Source: Octopus sinensis (lineage: Eukaryota). From it: a stretch of 64,000 nt of DNA. The translations under genes and the position numbers were made by a program. Numbering within the stretch: the stretch's first letter is position 1; every line of letters starts with the position of its first letter. This document shows, piece after piece, positions 1 through 11,757 of the stretch. The notes beneath the pieces were generated by a model. It worked only from the letters and a program-made list of their open reading frames with translations, ran no database searches and was not told where the DNA came from. Location of the stretch: the NCBI RefSeq assembly GCF_006345805.1, contig NC_042999.1, positions 118,172,001 through 118,236,000 of the forward strand. Reading direction: 5' to 3'.

Positions 1-222
1 TCCTTTACCTGTTTCTGTCAATGGATAGCAACAATGCTGGAACACTGCCTCATAGGGTTTGATCAAATAAATCACCCCCAGTACTTTTATCAACAAGTTT
101 CTAATATATACTGTGCTTTAGGCTTGGTACTTATTCTATTGGTCTCTTTTGCTGAGCAACTAACTTACAGTATCATAAGAAAATCCAACACAGGTTGTCA
201 AGTGGTCAGTTGGGGCAACAAA
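1..222 (-). mobile_element. tRNA-derived SINE family A, diverged 3' half
   Basis: Similar to the 3' half of the better copies at 12181-12566 and 37283-37679 (ttttacttgtttcagtca...gtacttattctat.ggtctctttt). Confidence 0.6.
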
Positions 223-234
223 CATATATATATA

Positions 235-3200
235 TCATCATCATCGTTTAGTATCTGCTTTCCATGCTAGCATGGGTTGGACGGTTCAACTGGGGTCTGG
301 GAAGCCAGAAGGCTGCACCAGGCCCAGTCTGATCTGGCAATGTTTCTACGGCTGGATGCCCTTCCTAACGCCAACCACTCCGTGAGTGTAGTGGGTGCTT
401 TTTACGTGCCACCGGCACAGGTGCCAGATGAGGCTGGCAAACGGCCACGATCGGATGGTGCTTTTACGTGCCACCAGCATGGGGTCCAGGCGAGGCGGCA
501 CTGGCAACAGCCACATTTGGATGGTTCTCTTACGTGCCACCGGCACTGGTATCACAGCTGCAATGTCCATTGATGTTGATCAATTTCGATTCTCACTTGC
601 CTCAACAGGTCTTCACAAGTAGAGTTTTGTGTCCCAAGAAGGAAAGGTATGCATAAGTGGACTGGCTACATCCCGTGTAGAGGCCACGGGTTATGGTCTC
701 ACTTGTCCTGCCGGGTCTTCTCATGCACAGCATACTTCCAAATGTCTCGGTCTCTAGTCATTTCCTCAGTGAGACCTAAAGTTCGAAGGTCGTGCTTCAC
801 CACCTCGTCCCAGGTTTTCCTGGGTCTGCCTCTTCCACAGGTTCCCTCAACCGCTAGGGTGTGGCACTTTTTCACACAACTATCTTCATCCATTCTCACC
901 ACATGACCATACCAGTGCAATCGTCTCTCTTGCACACCACAACTGATGCTTCTTAGGTCCAGCTTTTCTCTCAAAATACTTACACTCTGTCGAGTATGAA
1001 CACTGACATAACACATCCATCAGAGCATACTGGCTTCATTTCTTGCAAGCTTACGCATATCCTCAGCAGTCACGGCCCATGTTTCACTGCCATGTAGCAT
1101 GGCTGTTCGTACACACGCGTCATACAGTCTGCCTTTTACTCTGAGTGAGAGGCCTTTTGTCACCAGCAGAGGTAAGAGCTCTCTGAACTTTGCCCAAGCT
1201 ATTCTTACTCTAGCAGTTACACTTTCAGCACACCCGCCCCCGCTACTGACTTGGTCACCTAGGTAACGGAAGCTATCAACTATTCCTAGTTTTTCTCCCT
1301 GGAATGTGGCAGAAGTTGGTCTCAGAGCATTTTCGGTGTTTATTGCTCCTGAGCATCTGCCACATACAAAAACTATCTTCCTAGTTAGCCTTCCTTTGAC
1401 ATTGCTGCACCTCTTATGTGTCCATAGCTTACACTTGATGCATCTTATAGAGTTTCTACCTACACCTTTTCTACAGATTGAGCAGGGCCATCTACCTGAA
1501 GGCGTTTGTGATTTGTCTACCTTCCTACTTATTAGGACTTTGGTTTTAGCTAGATTGACTCTAAGGCCCTTCGATTCTAATCCTTGCTTCCACACCTGAA
1601 ACTTCTCCTCCAGTTCTGATAGTGACTCAGCAATTAGAGCAAGGTCATCAGCATAGAGGAGCTCCCTGGTGCATCCTGTCTTGAATTCCTCCATTATTGC
1701 CTGGAGGACTATGATAAATAGGAGGGGGCTGAGGACTGAGCCTTGGTGGACCCCTACCTCTACCCGGAATTCTTCACTGTACTCGTTGCCAACCCTCACC
1801 TTACTAGCAGCGTCCCAGTACATGGCTCGCACAGCTCTCACTAACCATTCATCAATCCCTAGTTTCCTCATTGACTACCAGATAAGGGATCAGGGGACCC
1901 TGTCGAAGGCTTTTTCCATGTCAACAAAAGCCAGGTACAGAGGCTTATCTTTGGCTAGGTATTTCTCCTGCAGCTGCCTTACCAGGAATATAGCAACAGT
2001 GGTACTTTTCCCTGGCATGAACCCAAACTGCATCTCATCTAAACTAACTCTCTCTCTCTAATTAGTTGGGCTATGACCCTCTCCGTAACCTTCATTACCT
2101 GATCCAACAGCTTGATACCTCTGTAATTATTTGTATCTACGGCGTCAACTTTATCTTTGTAGCAGTTGACTATTATGCTGCTACACCAGTCATTGGGTAT
2201 GACTCCTTCGTGTATCACCTGATTAACTATACGGGTGACTAGGCTATAGCCGACACTCCCAGATATTTTGAGCATCTCTGCAGTGATTCCTGATGGGCAT
2301 GGGGCTTTCCCTGTCTTCATGCTTCTAATTGCCTTAACTACCAAGGAACTGTCAACTTGGATAGCTGGTCCCTCTGTTGGGTCGACATTCGGCAGTCTCT
2401 CTTTATCCCATTCATTTTCTTTATTCAGCAACCTTTCATAGTGGCGTCTCCAAACCTCTCTCTTTGCATTCTCATTTAGCGCAAGTGAACCATCTTCCAT
2501 GCAAACACATTTCTCTCCTACCACATCACAATTCTCTTTCATACACTGTCTTGCAACACGAAACACCTCCAGTCTTTGGTCCTCACGGCGCAGAACATTG
2601 GCAAATTTTTTCTTATCTGCTTCCCCTCTGGCTAGATAGACCTGTCTCCTAGCTTCCCTTTTGGCAGTCTGATACAACTCCCTGCTACCACCATTTTTCC
2701 AGTCCTTCCAAGCCTGTCTCTTCTCTAATAGCCCTGTCTACAACATTGTTCCACCACCACATTACCTTGGGACGAGAGGGGACTTTGCACCAGCCACAGA
2801 TCTGGTCAGTGGCTCTCAGCAGGTTGTCCCTTAGAAACGTCCAGTTGCCTTCTATCCCATGTGATACTCTATCCCTTTCTACTTCGTTAAAGGCTTCAAG
2901 TAACATGTCCCTAAATCTCTGTCCATTCGCGGGATCTTTAAACTTCCAGATCCTTCTTCTCCATGTTGGTCATCTTCTGGTTGCCCTCTTAGTCCTGATC
3001 CTAAAATCACTAACTATCATGTCACTACTATGTTGCGGGGTACATTCTTTGCCTGGGAAGGTTTTGGCATTTATAAGCAGCCATCTTTCCCTTTTCCTGG
3101 CAAGGATGTAGTCAATTTGGCTGGTATGTCGGCCCAATAGGTAGTTGACTGGGTGACTGGTAGGTTTCCTGAAGTTAGTGTTGCAAACCATAAGATCATT

Positions 3201-3570
3201 TGCATCGCAGAACTCCAGCAGCCTGGTTCCCTCCTCATTACGGGAACCATAGCCATAGCCTCCATGTACACCATGGACGCCCCCAGCATGTCGTCCAACA
3301 TGACCTTTGAAGTCACCAGCCACAAAGAGAAGGTCTCTGTCATTTGTCAATGAGGTAGTCTGCAGTAGAGTGTCATAGAATCGGTCTTTCTGTCCATCGG
3401 GTAGCCTCGGCTGAGGAGCATAGGCCGATATAATGGTTGCTAATCCATGATGAAGCACTAATCTAATCTTAAGTATTCTGTCACATACTCTGATTACCTC
3501 AATTACTTTATCTACCCATTTCTCAGCGATAAGTATACCCACGCCACCAACCCCATCAGTGTTCCCTGAT
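235..3570 (-). mobile_element. RTE-clade LINE, 5'-truncated, with 3' UTR and (TGA)n tail
   Basis: Colinear APE, RT and C-terminal ORF fragments on the minus strand. The 3' UTR (235-698) ends in the tcatcatcatcgttt tail shared with many copies in the window. Confidence 0.92.
699..3542 (-). pseudogene. Disrupted RTE APE-endonuclease/reverse-transcriptase polyprotein
   Basis: ORF pieces 2970-3542 (APE: GDF, IDYIL), 2685-2906, 2039-2677 (NYRGIKLL), 1020-1871 (GVHQGSVLSP, LLYADD) and 699-1016 (WYGHVVRM, GRGRPRKTW). Broken by TGA/TAG stops (e.g. 1020) and a (GA) slippage frameshift near 2050. Confidence 0.9.
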
Positions 3571-4805
3571 ATATATATATATATATGTATATGTATATCT
3601 ATATGTATATCTATCTATCTATCTGTCGATCCATCTATCAATCTATCTTTTTATCTATCAATCAATACACACACACACAAGTCCTTACTGTAGATTGTGA
3701 TGTCCTTTAGCAAGAAATCCACCTTTACTTTCTGCATGAGATTTAAGTACCAGAAGCATCAGAGAATCATGGTTCTTCCCAGGTAACTGTAATATAAAAA
3801 AAATTCTGGAAATTTTATATATATATATAAATATTTAACAGAATCAGTAGAGTGACTCAAGGGTTGAGAGTTTCATGTGTTGGCACTTATCAAACTAGTT
3901 ACAGGCTGAAGAGATGTGGATTTATATATCTAGTGAAAATTACATTTCTCTGGATTGTTCTAGATTGAATTCTAAAAACAATTATGATATAATGTGGATA
4001 ATTCATATTTTTCAAAGAGTTCACCAAATCCACTCCTGAAGTAGAAAACACTTGGGAAGCAAACTTCTTGCCACAGAGCCACACCTGCTTCTGGTAAGAT
4101 CTTGGTAAAAGGTTATTTGTCATTTGTAGAAACATCTCAAAATGTTTGGTTTTGTAATGATTGAAGTGATTTTTATTTGATGAAGAGCCATTATTGTATT
4201 AAGTCAGAAGTTAATAAAATATGAACAATTTGAATAAGGAATCTTTAGAAAGACAACAAAACTTAACAAAATGGAAGTGATACGTAAAATCTACTCATCA
4301 ATATCCAGTATATGTCACACAAGTGTAATAAATAGACAGTTAGAGTACTGAGAATTCCAAGATGTTGAAATCATGCCAATGAAGATAAATTGCAGTGATA
4401 ATGAATTTGTTACTGTCATTGTTTAACCCCAGGTCAGCACTAATCTACCATAGTCTATAGTCAAAACAATTCCAGTTGTGATCATTCTATGTCCTATTTT
4501 TTCACAATGTACCAAGAACTACAGTTTCAATTAGTTTTCTTTTAGAGATAGTAGACTATGATTAATATTAGTGAGATACAGCTAACATTTTAAGCAGAGC
4601 TTATAGACACTTCTTCACTATCTCAAATATATATTATTTTTATGCTGCAGGGATTAATTTTGGGGATTGGACAAATAGAAAATATGACACTTATGTCTTT
4701 ACCATACATGTTTAAAAAACAAAATTAAAGTTTCTGGTGATATTTATTTTGGTTAATTGTAGATTTTTGAATGTTCTGTGAAAGAATTTAAGAACAAAGA
4801 TTCAT

Positions 4806-5175
4806 TTTTTACTTGTTTCTAAAATACAATTGTAGCCATGCTGGAGCACTGCTTTGAAGAGTTTAGACAAACAAATTCATCCAGTACTTATTTTTTTAAA
4901 GTCTCGTATTTTCTCTATTGGTATATTTGACCAATGCATTAAGTTATGAAGACCTTGGGACAAATACACACTGACACATGAAAACATATACATGTACATA
5001 ATCACACACACACACACAAACACACACACACATGAGGGACAGCCACAGAGTTTCCATCAACCAAATTCCTTCACAAGGTATTGTTTGGCCCAGGATTTTA
5101 GTAGATGACACTTGCCTAAGTTGCCATGCTGTGGAACTGAACACAAACCATGTTGCAAAATGAGCTTCTTAACCA
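4806..5175 (-). mobile_element. SINE family A, degenerate
   Basis: ttttttacttgtttc...ccatgctggagcactgc at one end and gacacttgcctaag...gtggaactgaac at the other, with an internal (CA)n as in intact copies. Confidence 0.55.
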
Positions 5176-5249
5176 TAGAGGCATGATTGTGTCTATTCTG
5201 TAAGTTGTAGATTCAAAATGCAGTAAGTTCATGACAAATTTTCTTTATA

Positions 5250-5420
<171 letters not shown>

Positions 5421-5439
5421 TCTCAGACACTAATGCACT

Positions 5440-5765
5440 GCCCCTCTCATAACTCCCTGTCTTGTGAGTTACTTGGTTAACCAGCCAGTGCTGGTGGCAC
5501 GTTAAAATCATCCAGTCCACACTGTTACATGGTTGGCAACTGGAAGACCATCCAGCTATAAAAACCTTGCTAAAACTAACTTCCCCTGTGATAGTACCAC
5601 GTAAAAAACACTGAGTCTACTCTGCTGAGTGGTTGGTGTTAGAAAAGGCATCCAGCTGTAAAATCCTTGCCAAAATAGACACAGTAGCTTTTCTACCAGG
5701 ACAGCTTTTATCAACAGTCCTACCCATACATGCATGAAGATGGACATTAAATGATGATGATGATG
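5440..5765 (+). mobile_element. RTE-type 3' tail element, diverged
   Basis: ggtggcacgt core, gagtggttggtgttagaaaaggcatccagc, and a ttaaatgatgatgatgatga tail. Confidence 0.6.
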
Positions 5766-5774
5766 AAATATATA

Positions 5775-6013
5775 TGTGTATAAACGCCATGATGGACCAT
5801 TAGCTCCTACATGCATTTTTTTCTCTCCTTGTTTCTTTTCTGTGTATCTTTCTGTCGAAGAGCTTAGGCTCGAAACGTAAAAGACTTGTTCTATTTCTAT
5901 TCCTGAGCACCATACTAATACATTTGTTTGTTTGTACTCCACGTGCCTTCGTTTTTTGTTTATTTTCGTAAACCTGCCTTCATCTTTTGTTTATTTTCGT
6001 AAACCTTCCCGTT
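5775..6013 (+). mobile_element. Penelope-like pseudo-LTR (solo 3' end)
   Basis: Closely similar to the 3' end of the PLE at 42020-42208, with the same terminus ttcccgtt followed by TA-rich sequence. Has an internal 31-bp duplication. Confidence 0.75.
5847..5884 (+). ncRNA. Minimal type I hammerhead-like motif (core CUGUCGA)
   Basis: tcttt-CTGTCGA-A-gagc(ttag)gctc-GAAA-cg-TA-aaaga. Stems I and II pair, but A6 of the canonical core is U. Confidence 0.55.
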
Positions 6014-6062
6014 ATAAATATATACGTATATATAAATGTATGTATGTATATATTCATTTATA

Positions 6063-6325
6063 TCATCATCATCATCATCGTTTAGCGTCCGCTTTCCATG
6101 CTAGCATGGGTTGGACGGGTCAACTGGGGTCTGTGAAGCTGGAAGGCTTCGTCAGGCCCAGTCAGATCTGGCAGTGTTTCTACGGCTGGATGCCCTTCCT
6201 AACGCCAACCACTCCGCGAGTGTAGTGGGTGTTTTTTACGTGCCACCTGCACAGGTGCCAGACAGAGCTGGCGAACGGCCACGAACGGATGGTGCTTTTA
6301 CGTGTCACCGGCACGGGGCCAGGCG
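6063..6325 (-). mobile_element. 5'-truncated RTE 3' UTR copy
   Basis: High similarity to 235-480, with a (TGA)n tail. Flanked by a ~77-bp direct repeat. Confidence 0.85.
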
Positions 6326-6417
6326 ATATATATATATATTATATATTGTTTATTTTCGTAAACCTTCCCGTTATAAATATATATGTATATATAAATGTAT
6401 GTATGTATATATTCATC

Positions 6418-6476
<59 letters not shown>

Positions 6477-7049
6477 GTATATAAATATGTATATATATAT
6501 ATTATATATATATATATATATACAGAGAGAGAGAGAGAGAGAAAGAAAGAACTAGACAATTTGAAGTAGAATTGGTAATTTGTATGAAATAAGTTCACAC
6601 TCATATATGTAAGGGTTTGCTCTCTTTTTTAAATTTGATTACATGAGCATGCAAATCGAGGAAAAAACTATTTCAGTTTCTTAATAGGATTTAGTGCATA
6701 TAAAGCGTTGAAGTTCATACATCTGATTTCCTGAAGGCATTTAATATATTTGATTTATGAAATAGTATTAAATTAAGAAACTAAAATTGCAAAATTCAGG
6801 CTAAGTAATTGTCATCAGAAATTACAGAGTAGGCTAAAATGAAAAGTATGGAAATGAATTTGTGATATGAAATGTTTTATTAACATTAATATTTCCTTTC
6901 AAAATAAGTTGTCATCTTTAATTGTTCAGATAACAGCAGATATTTCTGGATATTGAACTCTTAGATTTTTTGTATTGATCCTATCAAAGTCAATGAAAAA
7001 ACATGTGTGTGTTTATGCATGAGGGTGTCATATAGATATAAATCGTAGT

Positions 7050-7400
7050 CATGGCTGTTGCCAATGTCATGTGATCAGCACCTGTGAAATCATAATTATG
7101 GTCATTGCTGATAGCATGATCTTTGAATGTTGGGTTTAACAGAAGTGATGGCAAGTGATCGAGACATTTGGCAATATGTTATGCTTGAGAAGACTTGTCA
7201 AGCGAAGTGAAATCATAGTTGTGGCTATTGCTAGTGTCATAGAAATGGCACTTGTGCTGGTGGCACATAAAAGTACCGATTACACTCTTAGAGTAGTTGG
7301 TGTTAGGAAGGGCATCCAGGTATAAAAGCCCTGTTAAATCAGACTGGAACATGCCAGCATGGAAAGTGAAAGTTAAATATTGATGATGATGATGATGATA
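7050..7400 (+). mobile_element. RTE 3' end (ORF end plus UTR), diverged
   Basis: gatcgagacatttggcaatatgttatgcttgagaagac encodes DRDIWQYVMLEK, compare DRDIWKYAVHEK in ORF 699-1016. Ends in a (GAT)n tail. Confidence 0.65.
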
Positions 7401-7409
7401 CACACACAT

Positions 7410-7590
7410 ATGTGGACGATTTGACTGAGGTCTGGCAAACCAGATGGCTGCACCAGACTCCAATCTGATCTGGTAGAGTTTCTACAGCTGGATGCCCTTC
7501 CTAATGCCAACCACTCCAAGAGTGTAGTGAGTGCTTTTATGTGCCACTAGCACAAGGGCCAATCAAGCGGTACTGGCAACAGCCACACTC
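7410..7590 (-). mobile_element. RTE 3' UTR fragment
   Basis: ggctgcaccagactcc...ctggatgcccttcctaatgccaaccactcc matches 310-400. Confidence 0.65.
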
Positions 7591-7593
7591 AAA

Positions 7594-7631
<38 letters not shown>

Positions 7632-8012
7632 TTACATATACACAAATGTATATATTCATGAGTTTTGTTTGTGTGCTTTATAACTCAGGAAGTCACTATA
7701 AAACAAAACAACAACAATACAGACTAATAACATAAAATTAACAGATCATGATTACAACTATGAAATTGGAACAAAGTTTGTACCTAAATTGAAAGATCGA
7801 TATTTGATGCATTCTCATCTTTCCTATCATTTTTTATGCATAATTTTAACTTATATATGAGACATTTCTTGATCCCTATGATCCCTATGGCTATGATAAT
7901 TTTGCATATACTAGAAATTTAACATCACACAAATCTTATACTTAAATGCATAGTGAACCCTATTATATCTCCAGCATTAGAAGCTGTAGAAAGACAATAA
8001 GTAATAATAATA

Positions 8013-8050
<38 letters not shown>

Positions 8051-8053
<3 letters not shown>

Positions 8054-8553
8054 GCTTCTGATCTTAACTGATTGTTTTGTCTTGGTATAAAAGATGGGCT
8101 ACAGCAAATATTCTGCTCAATACCACAGATTTGCCTGTCAGTTGTTTGACCTTAACCAGTTGAACATGTCCCTTAGTGGCTGACAATATGTGCATCTCTG
8201 ATCACGAGCAGAAGTAGTGGGGGAGCATCATAGCCATGTGTTGAAAGGAATTCTTAGAGGTTTGGACAATTCACCTTTGGAAACATGGGTGTTTCGTTCA
8301 ACATCCTTAAACAATCCTTATTGAGGGACCTTTTGGGTGGGATGGGCTACTCAACCAGAAGAAAATTCTAACTGGGCCACACCTGCAAGGTCATGTGCTG
8401 TTTATCTTGATATGAGATCACCATGTCACGCACATATGGTTGTGATGCATGTGCCTGGTGTACCCTTATCAGACAGGTAGTCATGATGGGTATACTGGGC
8501 TTCGTATGTTTTACCCCAGCGTCACTTTAATGGCATGCACTGCTCTCTCGCTT
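8051..8553 (+). mobile_element. Unclassified ~550-bp non-coding element X in an (AAT)n array, copy 1 (lacks the first ~35 bp)
   Basis: Colinear with 38425-38967 and with the reverse complement of 30729-31295. Confidence 0.8.
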
Positions 8554-8589
8554 AATAATAATAATAATAATAAATAGAGTTATAAATAA

Positions 8590-8990
8590 TAAATAGATAA
8601 GGAAAAGTGAAGTTGCATACTTATCGACCCATCATTCCCATTTGGTTCCAGGATTGCAAAGAAAGTGGAAGAAAACAAACCCCTAAAATTTGAAATAGGA
8701 AAAATTTGGAGCATGTGAACAGTAAAGGTCATGCCTATAATAATTAGTGTGCTGGGAATAGCAAGCCAAGATATAGACAAATGGCTGGGGGGGAGATTGA
8801 AACAGAATGCCTGGTAGAGCTCCTCCAGAAAGTGTGTTTTTGGGGGGACTGCAAGGATTATGAGGAGGGTTCTAAGCACTTGAAAGACTGCTGAAAACTT
8901 GTGGATATTTAAGGTTACTGGTAGTAAGATGCTATCCACATAATTCCTACCAGGAATAAGACTGAATCTGAGACAAACCAAAATGATAAT
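8590..8990 (+). mobile_element. R4/Dong-type LINE 3' fragment, decayed
   Basis: Translates to EIGKIWSM*TVKVMPIIISVLGIASQDIDKWLG...ELLQKV...GTARIMRRVLST*, the typical C-terminus of restriction-like-endonuclease LINEs. Confidence 0.65.
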
Positions 8991-9104
8991 AAATATAATA
9001 AGAATAAGAATATACATGGCTAAATGTATTGCCTTTCTAAGTGGCAGGAGGGAGATGAGGCATGACATAGGTAACTGAGGAAAAGAATGGAAAATAGAAA
9101 GAAT

Positions 9105-9198
9105 ATCATCGTCGTTTAACGTCCGTTCTCCATGCTAGCATGGGTTGGACGGTTCGACCGGGGTTCTGGGAAGCCAGAAGGCTGCACCAGGCTCCAGT
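9105..9198 (-). mobile_element. Short RTE 3' tail
   Basis: tcatcgtcgtttaacgtccgttctccatgctagcatgggttggacgg, near-identical to 235-325. Confidence 0.8.
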
Positions 9199-10339
9199 AT
9201 TATTAATATAAATATTAATAATAACAATAACCTCATTATGGGTAATATTTTTATTATTTATATTATTTTTCTACTTATGTATTTTTACCTTTATTATTAC
9301 TGAGGCCAGCATGAAAGAAACAGATTTGATTGAGATAAATGAATACCCTCCAGAAATTAAATCTGTTTAAAATAAGATATTCAAAATCTCATTAATTTTC
9401 CTTTTGTTATAAATAACAGATCCCTAAATTTAGAAACCAACATTGTCACAAGCTAAAGAGGTAACATTTGCATAGCTATTCAGTATGGTAGAGCTATAAA
9501 TAAAATCTTGCTAAAACTCAAATTCTATCAAGAAGAACAAATTGGATAATCCTAGATACACTAACCCTGAACAATAAATAAGACAAAACTCATAGATAGA
9601 GAACATTTTTAATCATAGCTATGAATGATTGATTATAGCTGGTTTGGGGTTCAGTAAGCAATACTTTCAGGAATTTAGAAACCATTTTTTCTGATGAAGT
9701 GAATTCAATTCCTTTCTCTAATTATGCACTAATTTAATAGATGAAAACATACTCTATTAGAGTTCTAGTAAATGAAATGAATGGTTTTAGTATAAGGTAC
9801 ATAGAATAACAATTGAAATTCTAGATACATTATTGATAGCCTGATAAACATTCTCATAAGAAGAGCAAATGTTTCCAATTTTGATACATGTTGATATTTT
9901 TAGAAATCATACTCTGGAAAATATCTAAATAATCTGTTAATGGAAGTAATCTAGAACATAGGCTACTATTTAGATACATTTACAAGGATTTATTACCAAA
10001 ATTCCAATGACAGCATTTCAGATAAAGATAAATTAACAACAGTGAAATCATTTTTACTTTCATTATGGAAGCATAAACACGCACATAATTTTATGTTCTT
10101 TTCTAATCATTAAATCTCAGAAATGACAGCTGAAGGCTTATGATTGAAAAAACATACATGAATTTTAATAGTAGTCAAAAGCTATGTGGTGCTTTGCAGT
10201 CTAGGGTTAAGTTTTAACAAATGGTTTCTTTCCATTCGTTCTGTATGCAATAGAATATATAACTTCAATAAAGTTATGTAAAGTTAAACTTCAACATTAT
10301 GCCGTTTTTATTGGCAGAGTATCATAAAGTATAATTTGT

Positions 10340-10500
10340 GCATTTGTTCTGGCTCATTATGCTCAGAGTTCAAATCCTGCTGAGGTTAACTTCACTTTTC
10401 ACTTCTATGAAGTTGATAAAAGAAAGTACCAGTTCAGATCTGGAAGGTCAATGTAATTGGCTAAAGCCCTCCACTTAAATCTGCTGACCTTGTTGCTATT
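10340..10500 (+). mobile_element. Short tRNA-derived SINE family B, diverged
   Basis: B-box-like gagttcaaatcc, followed by the gataaaagaaagtaccagtt core shared with 56016-56340. Confidence 0.5.
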
Positions 10501-10953
10501 TTCCAGTAGTCTTGTTTTTAGTGTATACTTTCATTGTGGTACAAAACACAACTCTGAGTAGCTTGGACACACTGTTTTCTATTGGCTTTTCTACTATATT
10601 AAGTTTACTCAGTATAATATATGCCCAGTGCCTACCAGTGCTATTTCTCCATGTTATGCATATTTCCATGTCCTGACTATGATTTTGGCTGTATGTCTTT
10701 TAAACATTTCCAAAGTGCCTATTACAGTTTTCAGTCACCACATCCTGTTTATCTTTATTTGGAGATATGTAAATTTGAATAATATCTCCATTTACTTAAA
10801 AGATATATCATTATCTTTTAGGATCAATAGTTCAATTAAGGAGCATGTTTTTTCTTGTCAGTTCTTTGACAACAGTTGCAGTGTGGAAGGTGTTTATACG
10901 CCATTTAAAAAACACACAAAAACTGTGAGATTCACTTCAACATTTAAATTTAA

Positions 10954-11004
10954 TTTGCCAAAATATTTTCATAGCCTAGAGACTGCGACCTGTTCACTGA
11001 CAAA
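10954..11004 (-). ncRNA. Hammerhead-like motif with G3-C8 core (GUGAACA), copy 1
   Basis: Minus strand reads tttgtca-GTGAACA-G-gtcgc(agtctctag)gctat-GAAA-atat-TT-tggcaaa. Confidence 0.6.
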
Positions 11005-11018
11005 ATGCAGCATGGAAT

Positions 11019-11069
11019 TTTGTCAGTGAACAGGTCGCGGTTTAAAAGCAACAAAAATATTTTGGCAAA
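11019..11069 (+). ncRNA. Hammerhead-like motif with G3-C8 core (GUGAACA), copy 2 (G12 changed to A)
   Basis: tttgtca-GTGAACA-G-gtcgc(ggtttaaaa)gcaac-AAAA-atat-TT-tggcaaa. Confidence 0.55.
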
Positions 11070-11333
11070 TAAAATTTAAATGTTGAAGTGAATCTAACGG
11101 CTTTTGTGTGTTACTTAAGTGGTTTATAGACACCTTCCACACTGCAGTTGTTTTCGTTCCAGCACACGATCTCAGATCTGGTCACTTGCTATGCAAGTAC
11201 ATCTTTGACAACAGTATATGGGCAATTAGCACTCAAAATTCTTTTCTGTGTCTATTGATATGTCCCAGAATATGATAAGCTTGTCATATTCTGAGACTAT
11301 TTTAGTGTATATTTACATCATCTTTAATTACTC

Positions 11334-11367
<34 letters not shown>

Positions 11368-11369
<2 letters not shown>

Positions 11370-11757
11370 GTTTGACTTTTGCTTTGTATTTGTACACGTT
11401 GGCTCCAAGTCTGACCCAGAGACCTCAAGAGACAACAAGTTAGAAGTTCCAGTTGGTGTTATGCCTAGGGTGTCATATATTTGGTTTTGCACATAGTATT
11501 GTTATTGAGAATGTTTAAGAACACATAAGAAAATTATGAGTTTGTTTTAAAATTTGAGATTACATAGACAGTATATTACGTAGGATATGGGCAGTTCTCA
11601 TGAGCACTATCTTTTGAATTTCTGCCATTTTGGATTTTCCTGATATCTGAGCGAGGTAGCAATTAGCTTCTTTTGCTATCATTCCTAGGGCACCTATGAC
11701 AACAGGTATTGTTTTAGTCTTGAGATTCCACATTTTGCCAATTTCTATTTCAAGATC
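11368..11757 (-). mobile_element. R4/Dong-type LINE 3' end with (AAT)n tail
   Basis: ORF 11560-11799 contains DLEIEIGKMWNLKTKTIPVVIGALG...IQKIVLMRTAHILRNILSM*. The 3' UTR runs into (TTA)n at 11335-11368. Confidence 0.85.

Larger units (their letters stand above)
10863..11215. mobile_element. Head-to-head inverted pair of PLE-type pseudo-LTR fragments with a 14-bp flanking duplication
   Basis: Arms 10877-11006 and 11017-~11150 are reverse complements around a 10-nt spacer. tctttgacaacagt occurs at 10863-10876 and 11202-11215. Confidence 0.8.

Noticed and set aside
370-548. Regularly spaced repeats with variable spacers resembling a CRISPR array (also 11818-12105 and 59780-59925)
   Set aside because: Spacers are related to each other, the units lie in a LINE 3' UTR, the context is eukaryotic and there are no cas genes.
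1306-3353. Plus-strand ORFs overlapping the RTE (1306, 1669, 2377, 2746, 3153)
   Set aside because: Antisense shadows of the RTE coding sequence.
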